Part shown: in pieces, positions 42,801 to 51,975 of the stretch
Position numbering within the stretch: position 1 is the stretch's first letter
Layout: each line of letters begins with the position of its first letter
Assembly (NCBI RefSeq): GCF_006345805.1
Contig: NC_043004.1
Coordinates: 25,420,001 to 25,484,000, forward strand
DNA from: Octopus sinensis
Lineage: Eukaryota
Direction: 5' to 3'
DNA: 64,000 nt
The notes under the pieces: model-generated
Database searches by the model: none
Seen by the model: the letters and a program-made list of their open reading frames with translations, nothing else
What the model was told of the DNA's origin: nothing
Translations under genes and position numbers: made by a program

Positions 42801-43096
42801 GCAGTGTAGGCATATTTTATGTTATTAATGTTGTTGTTACTGCTATAGTAATTCATATTATTGTATTTTTTGTAGGTATCTTCTTAGGAATTAAAGTTGT
42901 TGAACTGGAAATTATCATGTGTGATCATCCACTTAAAACTGTAGATCAGAGTTTCCAAATGTTATACAAATGGTTAAACCGTAGTGCAACTGGGGAATGC
43001 ACAGTTAACCTCCTAAGAAAAGCTCTTGAGGAAGCTGAATGTTTTTATGCACTTGATTACCTTCAGGAAAATCGGGAATTTCAATGTAAGTGCTGA
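5642..43096 (+). CDS. Multi-exon gene, 5' end not seen: ankyrin-repeat / RING / death-domain protein, Mind bomb (MIB2)-like E3 ligase derivative; join(5642..5793,7654..7810,17307..18055,21176..21212,24131..24340,32187..32362,34067..34215,41593..41664,42876..43096)
   Basis: All eight internal introns are GT-AG with compatible phases (2,0,2,0,0,2,1,1). Exon lengths sum to 1923 nt = 640 aa + stop with no internal stops. Translation gives ~13 ankyrin repeats, AVACYLAEEGANFHHKNKKNRTPLD (Mind bomb-like), a C3HC4 RING and a death-domain-like C-terminus. Confidence 0.8.
6135..6562 (+). mobile_element. tRNA-derived SINE (another family)
   Basis: Head ggtgcatggcttagtggttaggg...gagttcaattcc with A and B boxes, followed by a ttgagcaaaacactttatttca core. 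Confidence 0.6.
6835..7115 (-). mobile_element. Degenerate SINE
   Basis: gagcaatgtgaaataaaatgtcttgctcaagaac core (reverse of the core in the 6135 element) and a tRNA-like head at the right end. Confidence 0.5.
7136..7545 (+). mobile_element. Non-autonomous Helitron-like element
   Basis: A|TCTATATACT 5' end; hairpin tgaccc-aac-gggtca (7524-7538) just before a CTAG-like end (here ATAG|T); internal ~100-bp direct duplication (7183-7280 / 7379-7478). Confidence 0.6.
7654..7810 (+). CDS. Exon B: ankyrin repeats (NQHEVVALLLYYGADVNILNKNGCSPLHEA...)
   Basis: tttcag acceptor, cag|gttagt donor, phase 2 to 0; overlaps ORF 7667..7849. Confidence 0.85.
8153..11323 (-). mobile_element. Gypsy (Mag-like) LTR retrotransposon, internally deleted
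   Basis: LTRs 8153..8451 and 11025..11323 (TG...CA); 5-bp TSD GGGTT; PBS-like tggcaatgagg; PPT aaaaggggaga; gag knuckles CYGCGGLHFRKDC; protease LQLDTGSD; integrase remnant. Confidence 0.92.
11700..12095 (-). mobile_element. SINE family 1, older diverged copy
   Basis: Colinear with the 30189 copy. Confidence 0.75.
12205..12700 (+). mobile_element. Penelope-like element 3' fragment (GIY-YIG C-terminus)
   Basis: IWKIHDQN...RAKPYTNDTRNCSFCIAEKMYI resembles the PLE endonuclease C-terminus. Confidence 0.65.
12824..16506 (+). mobile_element. Tigger/pogo DNA transposon (pseudogenised HTH + DDE transposase)
   Basis: TA|cagtagaaccttgcagta ... tactgcaaggtatcactg|TA. Motifs KANHGWFDNFKKRTG, QVFNCDKTGLFWK, LDNAPAH. 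Confidence 0.88.
14640..16013 (-). mobile_element. piggyBac transposase fragment nested in the Tigger
   Basis: ORF 14822..15397 DRLHKIRP...ICMDKSLWKFKRRLKFKQYNPTK..FGVK; right end aaaaggg|TTAA; left TIR not found. Confidence 0.85.
17307..18055 (+). CDS. Exon C: large ankyrin exon with 8 TPL(H/Y)/SPLH motifs
   Basis: ttccag acceptor, ca|gtaag donor; ORF 17223..18059 shows 33-aa periodicity. Confidence 0.92.
18362..18465. repeat. (AAT)n microsatellite
   Basis: Directly visible. Confidence 0.95.
18466..19310 (+). mobile_element. 5'-truncated R4/Dong-like non-LTR retrotransposon (CCHC + RLE endonuclease)
   Basis: ORF 18555..19142: EHVVSMC...RHD...RPDIIL...LLID...K..KY..L; flanked by AAT and AAC repeats. 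Confidence 0.8.
19342..20030 (+). mobile_element. Second, more degraded R4/Dong-like 3' fragment
   Basis: KPDIVV...K..KYKDL...IPVVVGALG; homologous to the previous copy. Confidence 0.75.
20030..20620 (-). mobile_element. Non-LTR reverse transcriptase fragment (R4-like)
   Basis: WLDYKKAFDSI and GIFQGDSL motifs. Confidence 0.75.
21176..21212 (+). CDS. Exon D: 37-nt mini-exon (NNYDVVALILSQ), second ankyrin helix
   Basis: tttcag acceptor, cag|gttagt donor, phase 2 to 0; completes the repeat begun in exon C. Confidence 0.75.
21773..24040 (-). mobile_element. CMC/Chapaev3-like DNA transposon, near full length, pseudogenised
   Basis: TTA|CACTGGTC left end, degenerate right end. Motifs FCHVCG, WREP..H...CYFC, LFIDSS, GDLKV, LHIKLGLMK, SDEQGECFHQDI. 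Superfamily assignment is from recalled motifs. Confidence 0.75.
24131..24340 (+). CDS. Exon E: ankyrin repeats (QTPFLLSLSEGHLGMVHMFVSKGADVNAVDKDGNNCLH)
   Basis: acacag acceptor, gag|gtaagt donor, 210 nt, phase 0 to 0. Confidence 0.85.
24985..25250 (+). mobile_element. RTE-like endonuclease fragment
   Basis: ITGDFNIHVGQQ motif. Confidence 0.5.
25255..25590. repeat. Dispersed ~340-bp repeat, copy 1 (possible solo LTR)
   Basis: Colinear with 34824..35170. Confidence 0.75.
26657..29830 (+). mobile_element. RTE (BovB-like) LINE, near full-length ORF, pseudogenised
   Basis: WNVGTL...RPERRTALIA...ALSET, GDFNARVG, TAWMHPRSKHWH.IDY, SQCGFR, FVDLSKAF, LYTDD, YSCETW. Confidence 0.92.
29836..30100 (-). 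mobile_element. SINE family 3, diverged copy
   Basis: Similar to 50150..50665. Confidence 0.6.
30189..30583 (-). mobile_element. SINE family 1, near full length
   Basis: Near-identical to 1..252 and 60881..61256. Confidence 0.88.
30597..30702. repeat. (TA)n(GATA)n microsatellite
   Basis: Directly visible. Confidence 0.95.
31043..31128 (+). ncRNA. Degenerate Penelope-type hammerhead motif
   Basis: tgg CTGATGG, long stem II (catttta/taaaatg, ttgtaa/ttacaa), GAAA cgatc GTA cca; palindrome ACGATCGT; A9 is changed to G. Confidence 0.5.
31310..31406 (+). mobile_element. SINE family 3, 3' end with (GAT)n tail
   Basis: Reverse complement of 41703..41790. Confidence 0.7.
32187..32362 (+). CDS. Exon F: Mind bomb-like terminal ankyrin segment (SAVAVACYLAEEGANFHHKNKKNRTPLDII)
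   Basis: ttatag acceptor, ca|gtacgt donor; resembles the recalled MIB motif [25 protein letters not shown]. Confidence 0.82.
34067..34215 (+). CDS. Exon G: C3HC4 RING finger (CLLC...PCKHTVTCSNC...CIRC)
   Basis: gatag acceptor, g|gtaag donor; all eight zinc ligands present with MIB/IAP-type spacing. Confidence 0.85.
34824..35170. repeat. Dispersed ~340-bp repeat, copy 2
   Basis: Colinear with 25255..25590. Confidence 0.75.
35712..38980 (-). mobile_element. Degenerate Gypsy internal region (gag, protease, RT, RNase H, integrase)
   Basis: LGDCKPSQLL, LVDKGAACS, AYIDD, VDASNTAIG...YSTFIQELLAMY, PYMGPY...VSIDRLK. LTRs not securely identified. Confidence 0.88.
39470..39848 (-). mobile_element. 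SINE family 1, diverged copy
   Basis: Colinear with the other copies. Confidence 0.75.
39855..40390 (+). mobile_element. RTE-like LINE 3' ORF fragment
   Basis: LEVVDNF..LGD...AKFREFLPLL..KGLSL...LYDACV..TMLHG.KTW. Confidence 0.7.
41318..41517 (-). mobile_element. SINE family 2
   Basis: gaccccgaaaggatgaaaggcaaagtc...gaactcag; also at 49263 and 54463. Confidence 0.75.
41593..41664 (+). CDS. Exon H: death domain N-terminal part (LEEQDLMKISYLLGSKWWQAG)
   Basis: ttttcag acceptor, cag|gtgcgt donor, phase 1 to 1; L-x2-I-x3-LG-x2-W pattern of death-domain helices 1-2. Confidence 0.72.
41703..41960 (-). mobile_element. SINE family 3
   Basis: (CAT)n tail + gtttaacgtc...ccatgctagcatggg; similar to the 50150 copy. 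Confidence 0.75.
42362..42795. repeat. ~95-100-bp tandem repeat, 4-5 diverged units
   Basis: Recurring tctag(g/t)tgag..ctacactt..ctgacatg..gtggtgca.tgttgtag. Confidence 0.75.
42876..43096 (+). CDS. Exon I: death domain C-terminal part (IFLGIKVVELEIIMCDHP...DQSFQMLYKW...TVNLLRKALEEAE)
   Basis: tgtag acceptor; LG, QML-x2-W and TV-x2-L-x2-AL death-domain pattern. Ends at TGA 43094-43096 or splices at gtaagt after 43085. Confidence 0.78.
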
Positions 43097-44074
43097 TTAT
43101 GAGTGTGTATTTTAACTTAGAATGGAGGAGTGTGAGGGAGAAAGATAAACTTTTAAAATAAAGATAAACACTTATATCCTGCAGTGCAATGATGATATAA
43201 GTACCTTTCCTAACACTTCTGTAGGAGATCGCTTTCCTCTGTTTAGTCAAGATTCGAAACCCAATCCACACACCTGTTGCTTGTCGGACGAATGTCTGAT
43301 CCTTTGTCTTTTATCTCTATGTTGGGAAATAAATGAGAAATACCTGGCCCCTGCAGAGATCAATCCATTATTTTAGGTTTGGCCTACTGTCTGAACCTTA
43401 TATAACCAATTGAAAGGTTTGCTTCAACCACTTTGGTTTTCAACCGGGTAACTGAGAGCATGTCTATCCCCCCCACTTTTCAGTCGTCTGACCAAGAGCA
43501 TTTGCTGAATGGAAAGGGACAACGCAGTTTTTAATCTTTGTTAGCAGACCATAACTTGGCTTACACACACAGCTTCCAACACACACTAAGAGTGCACGAG
43601 CAACACATTATACCATTGTCATCAATACAACTACTGCTATGTCTGTGATACTTACCACTGTCAGCCAATAAACCTGTAAATATCATTCTTTTCTTTCAAT
43701 GTTGTTATTACACTGCCTCATCCTACTTTCAGCTATCTACATTTAGCAACCCCAATTGCGAAAAAGAATCACTATTTCTATATGAAGTACATTTCATCTG
43801 TACATTGCAATTCATAACTCCAACATGACAAACACAACCATACATTACATTTGGTAACCCAGCACATCTCTACTATTAGATTTGGTGACCTCACACACTT
43901 GTATGTTGCATCTGACGACCTAAGCATAAGAAACATATCCTACCATTACACTTCTATTGTTATATAGAGAGTTTTAATAGTTTTTGTGTTACATATATAC
44001 TCCCTTCATTATTGATAAGGGTACAATAGCCATTTTATATCTATATCAATTCTCTTGATATGTTTGTTATAACG

Positions 44075-44400
44075 TTTCTCTTGTATGATGCACCTTAGGG
44101 TCTAGTCTCTACCCATTTTCTCTTTCTCTCTCCTTGGAACATGTATATGATGTATCTTAGGACCAAGTTTCTCTCCCTTCACCCATTCTTTCTCCTATAA
44201 CAATTCTGTTGTATGAAGTACCTTAGGGACTAATTTATCTCACCCTTCTCTTTCTCAATTTATCTATCTAACACTTCTTTTATATGATGTACCTTAAGGC
44301 TTAGTCTCTCCCTTTCTTTTACCTAATAACATTACTTTTAAATGTACTTTAGGGTCTATTCTTCCTTCCCACTCCTTTCCTTGCTCTTTATGTAGATTTC
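44075..44400. repeat. ~60-bp tandem repeat, about 5 units
   Basis: Recurring tatgatgtaccttaggg.cta.tctct. Confidence 0.7.
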
Positions 44401-44744
44401 TGTAAGTTCACTGTTTGATGAACCGTATCAGTAACAACTCAACAGTTACCTCCCTCCAGTCATTTCAAAATAAGGTGTATGCATTTCAGTTAAGAACATT
44501 TTATATCTATTCAGATGTCTTGATAAACTAGGCTTTGTAAATATAATGCAAACAAAAACAGTGGACATTATAGTGAAAAAGAGATCGAGAAGATAATATT
44601 GTTTTTGGGGAATACAATTGATGATAGTAGGCATTGTGGAGAAATTGAATGAAAATGGCAGAGAGAGGGAGAGGAGGCGAGAGGCGCTCCCCTCTCCTCC
44701 AGTTAGCAGTGACCAGAATGATTAGAACGACAGCTATATCAACA

Positions 44745-45082
44745 ATATTATAGTTATCTCCAAGCTAACATGGCAGTCCAGGAAAATAGGACGAATGCTG
44801 CCGTTGATTAGCTCCAAGAGGCTATCGCCTCTAGCTAGCTATGTGACACGCAGACCTGTGTCCATTATAACCTTCAAAAAGGGGAGGTCAGCAGCTTCCA
44901 CTTGCTGGTTTGGCATCTACAGACTAGTTTCGGGGTAGTTGCCCCTTATCAATGTAGAGTAGCCAAACCCAGCAGGCATCGCTGCTGACTGTCTGTTCGA
45001 GGGATTATTTACCTAAATTCAGTGGAATACATCCACTAGTACTGGATATTGATAGTTATCACCAAGCTAACATGGCAGTCCA
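44745..45082 (-). mobile_element. 302-bp terminally redundant unit carrying the hammerhead (retrozyme or Penelope pLTR-like)
   Basis: tagttatc(t/a)ccaagctaacatggcagtcca occurs at 44751-44780 and 45053-45082 and flanks the hammerhead. Confidence 0.6.
44901..44976 (-). ncRNA. Type I hammerhead ribozyme, variant core UUGAUAA (U3:A8)
   Basis: Minus strand reads cctgctgggtttggc-tac-tctaca TTGATAA gggg-caacta-cccc GAAA cta GTC tgtaga-t-gccaaaccagcaag. It has a long stem I, a 4-bp stem II, palindromic stem III ACTAGT and a GUC site (cleavage between 44922 and 44921). Confidence 0.8.
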
Positions 45083-46399
45083 CTCTCACGACTCCTTTCC
45101 ACACCAATTTATTGCTCTGTTCCCTCAAACCTTCTACCTATACTTGCCCCTTATAGTGTTGGTTGCTCAACCGACCCTATTACCTTTCAATACTATCCCC
45201 TCCTTTTTTTCAACAACCCCTGCCAATAATTCCTTTCCTGTTTCCTGACCTATTCCTCCATCTCTTACCATGCCTTCACCTAGACATTAGAGCTCAACAG
45301 TCTTCTGGTTCATTGTATCTTGTCAAACAGTTCAACCTATGCTAGCATGAAAGCCATATGCTAAATGATGATGATAATAGTCAATTTTTAGACAAGACTG
45401 AGGGTCCTGACTTCCTGGGACCCTTCTTCAAAAGTGCTTCAGGAACATCTAAAATTCACCATGCTTCAGTCTTCTGTTACCAAAAGACTGGTTCGATGAA
45501 ATAACCAAGAAATCCAAATCTTGTTAATTAAGAGACCATCCCACCGGATCCACTTTTAAGAAAGCAGTCTTCTGCCTTATGTACAGCAGAGGTTTTGAAA
45601 GATTTAGAAAATGTTGTGGACTAACTTTATTGGTTACTACAGAAGATTTTTATTGGTTACTACAGAAGGTAGTGTATAACTCTTGGCACAAAATTCAGAG
45701 CCCCTTGTGCAATGCAGATGAACAGATGATAAAGTGCTCACTTTAACCCTTTAGTATACAGATTAACCTGTCAAATGTAATGCTTATTTGTTCACATTAT
45801 TTGGAATTATTCAGGTTCAAGAGGGGTGTCAACAATATTTACTTGTAATTTTGTTAATTTTTTATATACAGATTTGAATTTTTGCCAGTGAATTTTAGCT
45901 GAGCTTGCTGATTGAATTTGACATTTATGGGCAGGTAAATTCAATTAACAGGTGTAAAAGCAATAACATTATGGATAAACACTAAAATTGAAATTCTAAA
46001 TGCACCTTACCTGTTTGATTTGTTACTAAAATTATTCCAGATAGCAAATGACAAAAATTTTGCCACTTTTTAAGATGAGGTACATTCATTTGAATTAATT
46101 AAAATACAGGTATAATCAGTACAAGATTTTATTCTTTCTCTATATTTCATTCAAATATTTTCATTGAAAATAAAGTACAAAACTCTTTTACTGGTCAATA
46201 TACCACTGGCTGTGTACTCTTTCAATTTAATGAATACATTTACATAACAGATTGCATCTAATAAAAAAAAAGCATATTAACAGGTGAGGCAAAGGTAAAT
46301 ACAGATGTGTAATATACTGAAAATTAATACGTATTTCTTACTTTCACATATTATTTGTAATAAAATGAAAGGAATAGTATTACTATCAAACAACAAAAT

Positions 46400-47290
46400 A
46401 TAGTTATGCCATATTTCTATCGTGAAACTGTTCAAAGCATCCTTTACACAAAGGTACTTTGCAAAATCAACACATATATGATGTTTCGACCTGATATCCT
46501 CTCGCAGTTTTTCTGCAGTGAACACAGTCTGCAATCTTTTTTTCCTTCCAATTATTTTTTACACCTTATGGAAGTCAATATTTTCTGTTGACATCCACCT
46601 CAGTTAATTTTACTTTTCTCCCAGTTCTGTGCTTTCTGGAAGAACAGCCCTCATGTAACTGAGACGTAATGTCAACCTAAAATTTCAAATGGTCGCAGAG
46701 GTACCTTGTGGCTTTTTACATAAATAATATATGAATTAACTATAGTTAGACATAATGCTGGAGATATATGGATCAACATAACTTATATATCAGGACTCCA
46801 GCAGTTCCACAGTTGAAGAAACTGCTTGATACCAAACAATGTTTATAGTAAAAAAAGCTCACTATGGCAGTACCAGTTGGCTGCCATAGTGGATTGGGTT
46901 GTCCACAAATTGAAATTATGAATTGAGCATATTTGTTTCCTCCGTGATAGTTTCAAAAAAAAAAAACTTTGCAGTAAAAATAAAAATAAATAGTCCAATG
47001 GTTGAGTATTGGGAGGTAGACTGTATTGTGGACTAGTCTTTTCTGTGAAATTGAAAATTATGGTTGATGTCGTAATCTTCAACCATGTTGTAATGTTTGC
47101 AATATCATTTTATAATCAAAATCTTCCTCGGCAACACAGATTCATAAATGTCAATATGATTCGTAAAACCTTCAAAGTTGGAATACTACTAGTGGATGCC
47201 ATATCGTTAAAAACTAAGATATACACTTCTCTTCAAATGCTGAAAAGACCAGCAAGTCTCAAAAATTTCCCTATTTTTATTTGAATAAAG
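46400..47290 (-). mobile_element. Degraded piggyBac transposase 3' part
   Basis: Minus frame reads DCVHCRKTARGYQVETSYMC*FCKVPLCKGCFEQFH, a piggyBac-type Cys-rich C-terminal domain. Confidence 0.6.
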
Positions 47291-47954
47291 GCAGGAAGAG
47301 CCTTATCTTGCATTATCTCAAAGCTATGAGAATTCAATAATGTGATATGATTATTTTTTTAGCGATTTCATAAAGGAATCAGATATGGCCGGATTTAGCC
47401 AGTTCAAACAAATAAAGGGAGAATAATTTTTGGCCAGTTTTGGGGTCTAAACTTGTGGTTAGAACATTTTCAGTCTCCTGATGGCCTCACTATATCTGAT
47501 TCCACTTATGCCCAGTTTTTCTTTCAACATATTTGTACTTTGTCATATAAGCACAATGATGTTGCAAATCCAGCAGAGCATACTTGGTTTGTTTCTGCAT
47601 TTAAGGCCTACATCTCACTACCATGTAGTATTGTTGTTCATATATAAGTAACATAGTTCGATTTTTTTTATTACCAGAGGTAAAAGCTTTCTGAACTTTC
47701 TCCTGCCTGTTCTTACCAAAGCAACTATACTTTCAGAACATCTTGTATCACTGCAGATTAAGTCACCTATCATTTAGTTCTAGAGATCTTCCCAGGCATG
47801 AGTGAATCTGTTTCCACTATACTCTTGCACATCTGCTATCTACAAAATCTTTCTCTACATGAATTGAATATTTCTGTCTTCCTCTTCATTATGAAAGGAT
47901 TGTCAAGAATTGGGATTTGTTTTGTCTTGGTTAAGGCATTATTTATTAAGTCTT

Positions 47955-48110
47955 TCTTTTACGTCCCGAGTTCAAATTCTGCCAAGGTTGACTTTGCCTT
48001 TCATCTTTCAGGATCGATAAATAAAGTACCAGTTGCGTACTGGGGATCGATCCAATCAACTGGGACCCCTCCCCCAAAATTTCAGGCCTTGTACCTATAA
48101 TAGAAAGAAT
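47955..48110 (+). mobile_element. SINE family 2, partial
   Basis: gagttcaaattctgccaaggttgactttgcctttcatc. Confidence 0.65.
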
Positions 48111-49262
48111 TATTTATTAAGTCTTTCTGATATTTTTGTCTCAAGAGGAATATTTTAAAATCTTCCAGATGTCATTACCTAGTTCAACCTATAACTACTG
48201 CACATATAAAATTGTGTATTCTATATATAAAATGGTAAGAGAATAACTTAAGAGTAAACCAACTTTATTCAATTTTCTCCATTATAAAGAATATTTTTAA
48301 AGAGTTAATAGATCTGAACAAAGGATTCTGAGTGTCACCTCCATAAAGATGACAAGAGATTGAAAAAATGTAATGATATCATGCAAGCCATGCATGTCCA
48401 ACCTTTACCAGCTTGCGGAATGGGCACTAAAACATTGATGATGATTTACAAGGTTTTTCTATAACCCATTTTGCTTATGTCCTAAGTTGAAGATTACACT
48501 ACACTGATAAATTAATATTCAGTTTAGCCCTCAAGTCATGAAGGAATCATATTATAAAGAAACGATAAAATTATATAAAACTACAACAACCAACCTATTC
48601 ATTTGAAGGGAGATATATATATATATAACAAAACAATTGAAACAAAAATATATGTAACATGAAAGAATATAGGGAAACTGAGGTAGAAAAAAAAAACATC
48701 TTTAGACAGAAGCTAATTTTGTTAATAAACTAAGGAAAGTAATGAACTGGCAGAATCACTAGACCATAGAAAAAATGCTTTGTTCTTCATTTCTGTTCAA
48801 ATTCCACAAAAGTCAACTTTGCTCTTTATCCTTTCAATAAAATACCAGTCCAAGAAGTGGGATTGATGATGTCAACTAATTTCCTCCTCTTGAGTATAAA
48901 CCAGAAATGATTAACATACATGGGTTAAAAAATAAGTTGGCTATGAAATAGATATTACTTTATAGAAATGGCAGTTGCTGGCTACCCCATCCCTAATTCA
49001 CTCTGTCTCACTCCCAGTACATAGTAAATCATCTCATTGGGAACAATGACTTAAAGCTGAATGATTCAAACAAATCCCAGGATAAAACATCACATTTTAT
49101 TAAAATATTGTTGAATCATTGACTACATTACAAATAAATAAACAAACCATAAAATCTCAGATAAAAAGAAACAATAAAAGAGTTGTTTTAGTTTCCTAGT
49201 TTGAACAAATGTAATGTATTGACAGGATTATTTTTAATAGAAAGACTTGAATGCTTATATTT

Positions 49263-49492
49263 ATTTCTTTATTGCCCACAGGGGGCTAAACACAGAGGGA
49301 ACAAACAAGGACAGACAAACAGATTAAGTCGAGTATATTGACCCCAGTGCGTAACTGGTACTTAATTTATCGACTCCGAAAGGATGAAAGGCAAAGTCGA
49401 CCTCAGCAGATTTTGAACTCAGAACGTAATGGCAGACGAAATACCGCTAAGCATTTCATCAGGCGTGCTAACGATTCTGCCAGCTCGCCGCC
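49263..49492 (-). mobile_element. SINE family 2, full length
   Basis: Head ggcggcgagctggcagaa, B box gagttcaaa. Confidence 0.8.
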
Positions 49493-50149
49493 TTGAATGC
49501 TTATATTATGAAACAAAACTATTTAGTGATGTCAATAGAAAATTCAAAGTGGCATGTCACTTATCTGTTTTCGAATGGGATTTGCTAAGATGCTATCTAT
49601 GTACTCAAACAGAATTTCTGTAATGTCCTCAGCATAAGGAAACACAAAACAGTAAAAACTAGTGGGTTCCCCCCCCCCACCTTTAAAAGAAATGTATTGT
49701 GGTTGTGCATCTTGTGGGATTTTAATGACTTGGTTGAAGTAGTGGCAAATGGTTTTCTCTGTAGGAATTAGACAAAAGCAGTATCTCCCTGTATTACATT
49801 ATATATTTCTTTAGATGAAATTTTATCATAATTATTAGTAGCAGCCTGTAAATCAATAACATTCAAGTATGAATTGTCATCACAGAACACAGAAGAGTCA
49901 GCACCGTTATCAGATGAAATTTCTTTAACAAACAAGATCATCTTTTGCAATGTTGGACTGAGATTCTTCTCTTCAGTTTCCTCATACATTTTTATTGGTT
50001 TCAAAATGAGTGTGGTACTCGTTTTTTTTTTCTTTCTCTGTTGCCTTTTGCTTTCCTTCGAGTTGCTTTAAGAAAGAGATTGATCTGTTCTGACAAGATA
50101 ATGATGGTAGACCTACCACAAAACCAATGTAAAATGACTGGGCACAGCA

Positions 50150-50665
50150 ATCATCATCATCATCATCATCATCGTTTAACGTCCGTTCTCCATGCTAGCA
50201 TGGGTTGGACGGTTCGACCGGGGATCTGGGAAGCCAGAAGGCTGCACCAGGCTCCAGTCTTATCTGGCAGTGTTTCTACAGCTGGATGCCCTTCCTAACG
50301 CCAACCATTCCGTGAGTGTAGTGGGTGCTTTTTACGTGCCACCTGCACAGGTGCGAGGCGAGGCTGGCAACGGCCACGGTCGGATTGGTGTATTTTATGT
50401 GCCACCGGCACGGAAGACAGACGAGGCGGAGCTGGCATCGGCCACGAGTCGGATAGTGCTTTTTACACCACGAGTCGGATAGTGCTTTTTACGTACCACC
50501 AGACCAGGGATCCTGGCTGGTTCAATTCGATTTTGATTTCGCTTGCCCCAACATGTCTTCGCAATCAAGGGGGTTGGCATGGGTGTATTTTACGTGCCAC
50601 CGGCACGGAAGCCAGTGGAGGCGGCGCTGGCATCGGCCACGAGTCGGATAGTGCTTTTTACGTAC
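50150..50665 (-). mobile_element. SINE family 3 with internal ~60-bp repeats
   Basis: (CAT)n tail; repeated ggatagtgctttttacgt/gccaccggcacggaag units. Confidence 0.8.
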
Positions 50666-51975
50666 CAATATATGAATAATTCTGTAGATTTTGTTGATGC
50701 TTGTAGCTTGACAAACTTGTAGCCTCAGGAGTCCTTAACGAAGTCACTTCTCACTTCATGAACAATAAAAACCTACCAACTGGTTAATGTTCCATGATGC
50801 TGGGTATTTTCTGTCATTTCTATAGGCAAACTCTTAGAAAAGCTTTCTTCCTTTCATTTAAAGATGTACATATCTATGTATTTATACTCCTTCATGAGTC
50901 CAATATTAATATAAACTCATTCAGAGTATTTTATTAATACACCTGATTCCATTATCAACAATAGAGTTTCTAATTTTCTTTTCCAACATACAGTGTCAAA
51001 AACCACTTTTTGTCAAAAACTAAAATTTTTTTTAAAATGTATTTTCCAACATGAAGATTAAAATTTGAAACCAATTTACAACTGAGAAAATTATAATGCT
51101 CCAAAAATAAGTTACAGTAGCTTCTTATTCTATATTCTAATTCTATAATTAAACAGTACAACTAAACCTCTGACTTTTAACTTTAAACCCATATTAGAGG
51201 GAGAATTCTAAAGCCTGATACCAGAAATCACCACTTTTCTCTTCCTCTGTATATTACCATTGAGAATGAGAATCTTATGTCCCTCTAACGAGCAAACACA
51301 GTGATTGCTGTTTGAACAAGAAATAATTCCATAACAATCTTAATTTCACCTTATACAGCACTTCATTTTTTTTTTAATTCTGAAAAGTTGTAACTCTGTA
51401 ATAATGAAAGGAAGAGTACCTCTAAATAATATTTTTCACTTCAATTTGTGTCCTTCAGCTTGCACAATATACATCAATGCTCAACTAAGCAGAGCTTTCA
51501 CAAAATAAGTTGGCAGATGTGTCAATAGGAATGGCAGTCAACCTGTTTCCTTTGTAAAATAATTTTTCTTTGTAAGGTCCAGAATATATAAGATATTGTA
51601 CATATTTATATACATATATTCTATTATGGCATGATGAAATATTTTCTTTCATAGTTTGTGTATACATTTGTAACACAATAACTGTAATATTAATGCTGTC
51701 CCTCAATATTACAGTACATTTCTCAGTTATTTACCCACAATGTCAAATAAATAAACACTAGCTTTTAGTTCTTTATGAAAATATGTCAAACAGGACATAC
51801 ATGAGAATTCTGAGAGTACAGTGTTATCAAAAATGGTAAGTTATCTCATTAATGTAGACCTAGCTGTAATCATAAAAAATAGTGTTGGCAGGCTGTTATC
51901 ACATTATTGCATCTTTGTGTGAAAACATCTATAACTTCTTTAATTAAAACAGATTTTCTTATGACATTGAAATAG

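Noticed and set aside
49500-50830. Possible pogo-like transposase C-terminal remnant split by a SINE
   Set aside because: Only a weak compositional resemblance; no catalytic motif or TIR found.
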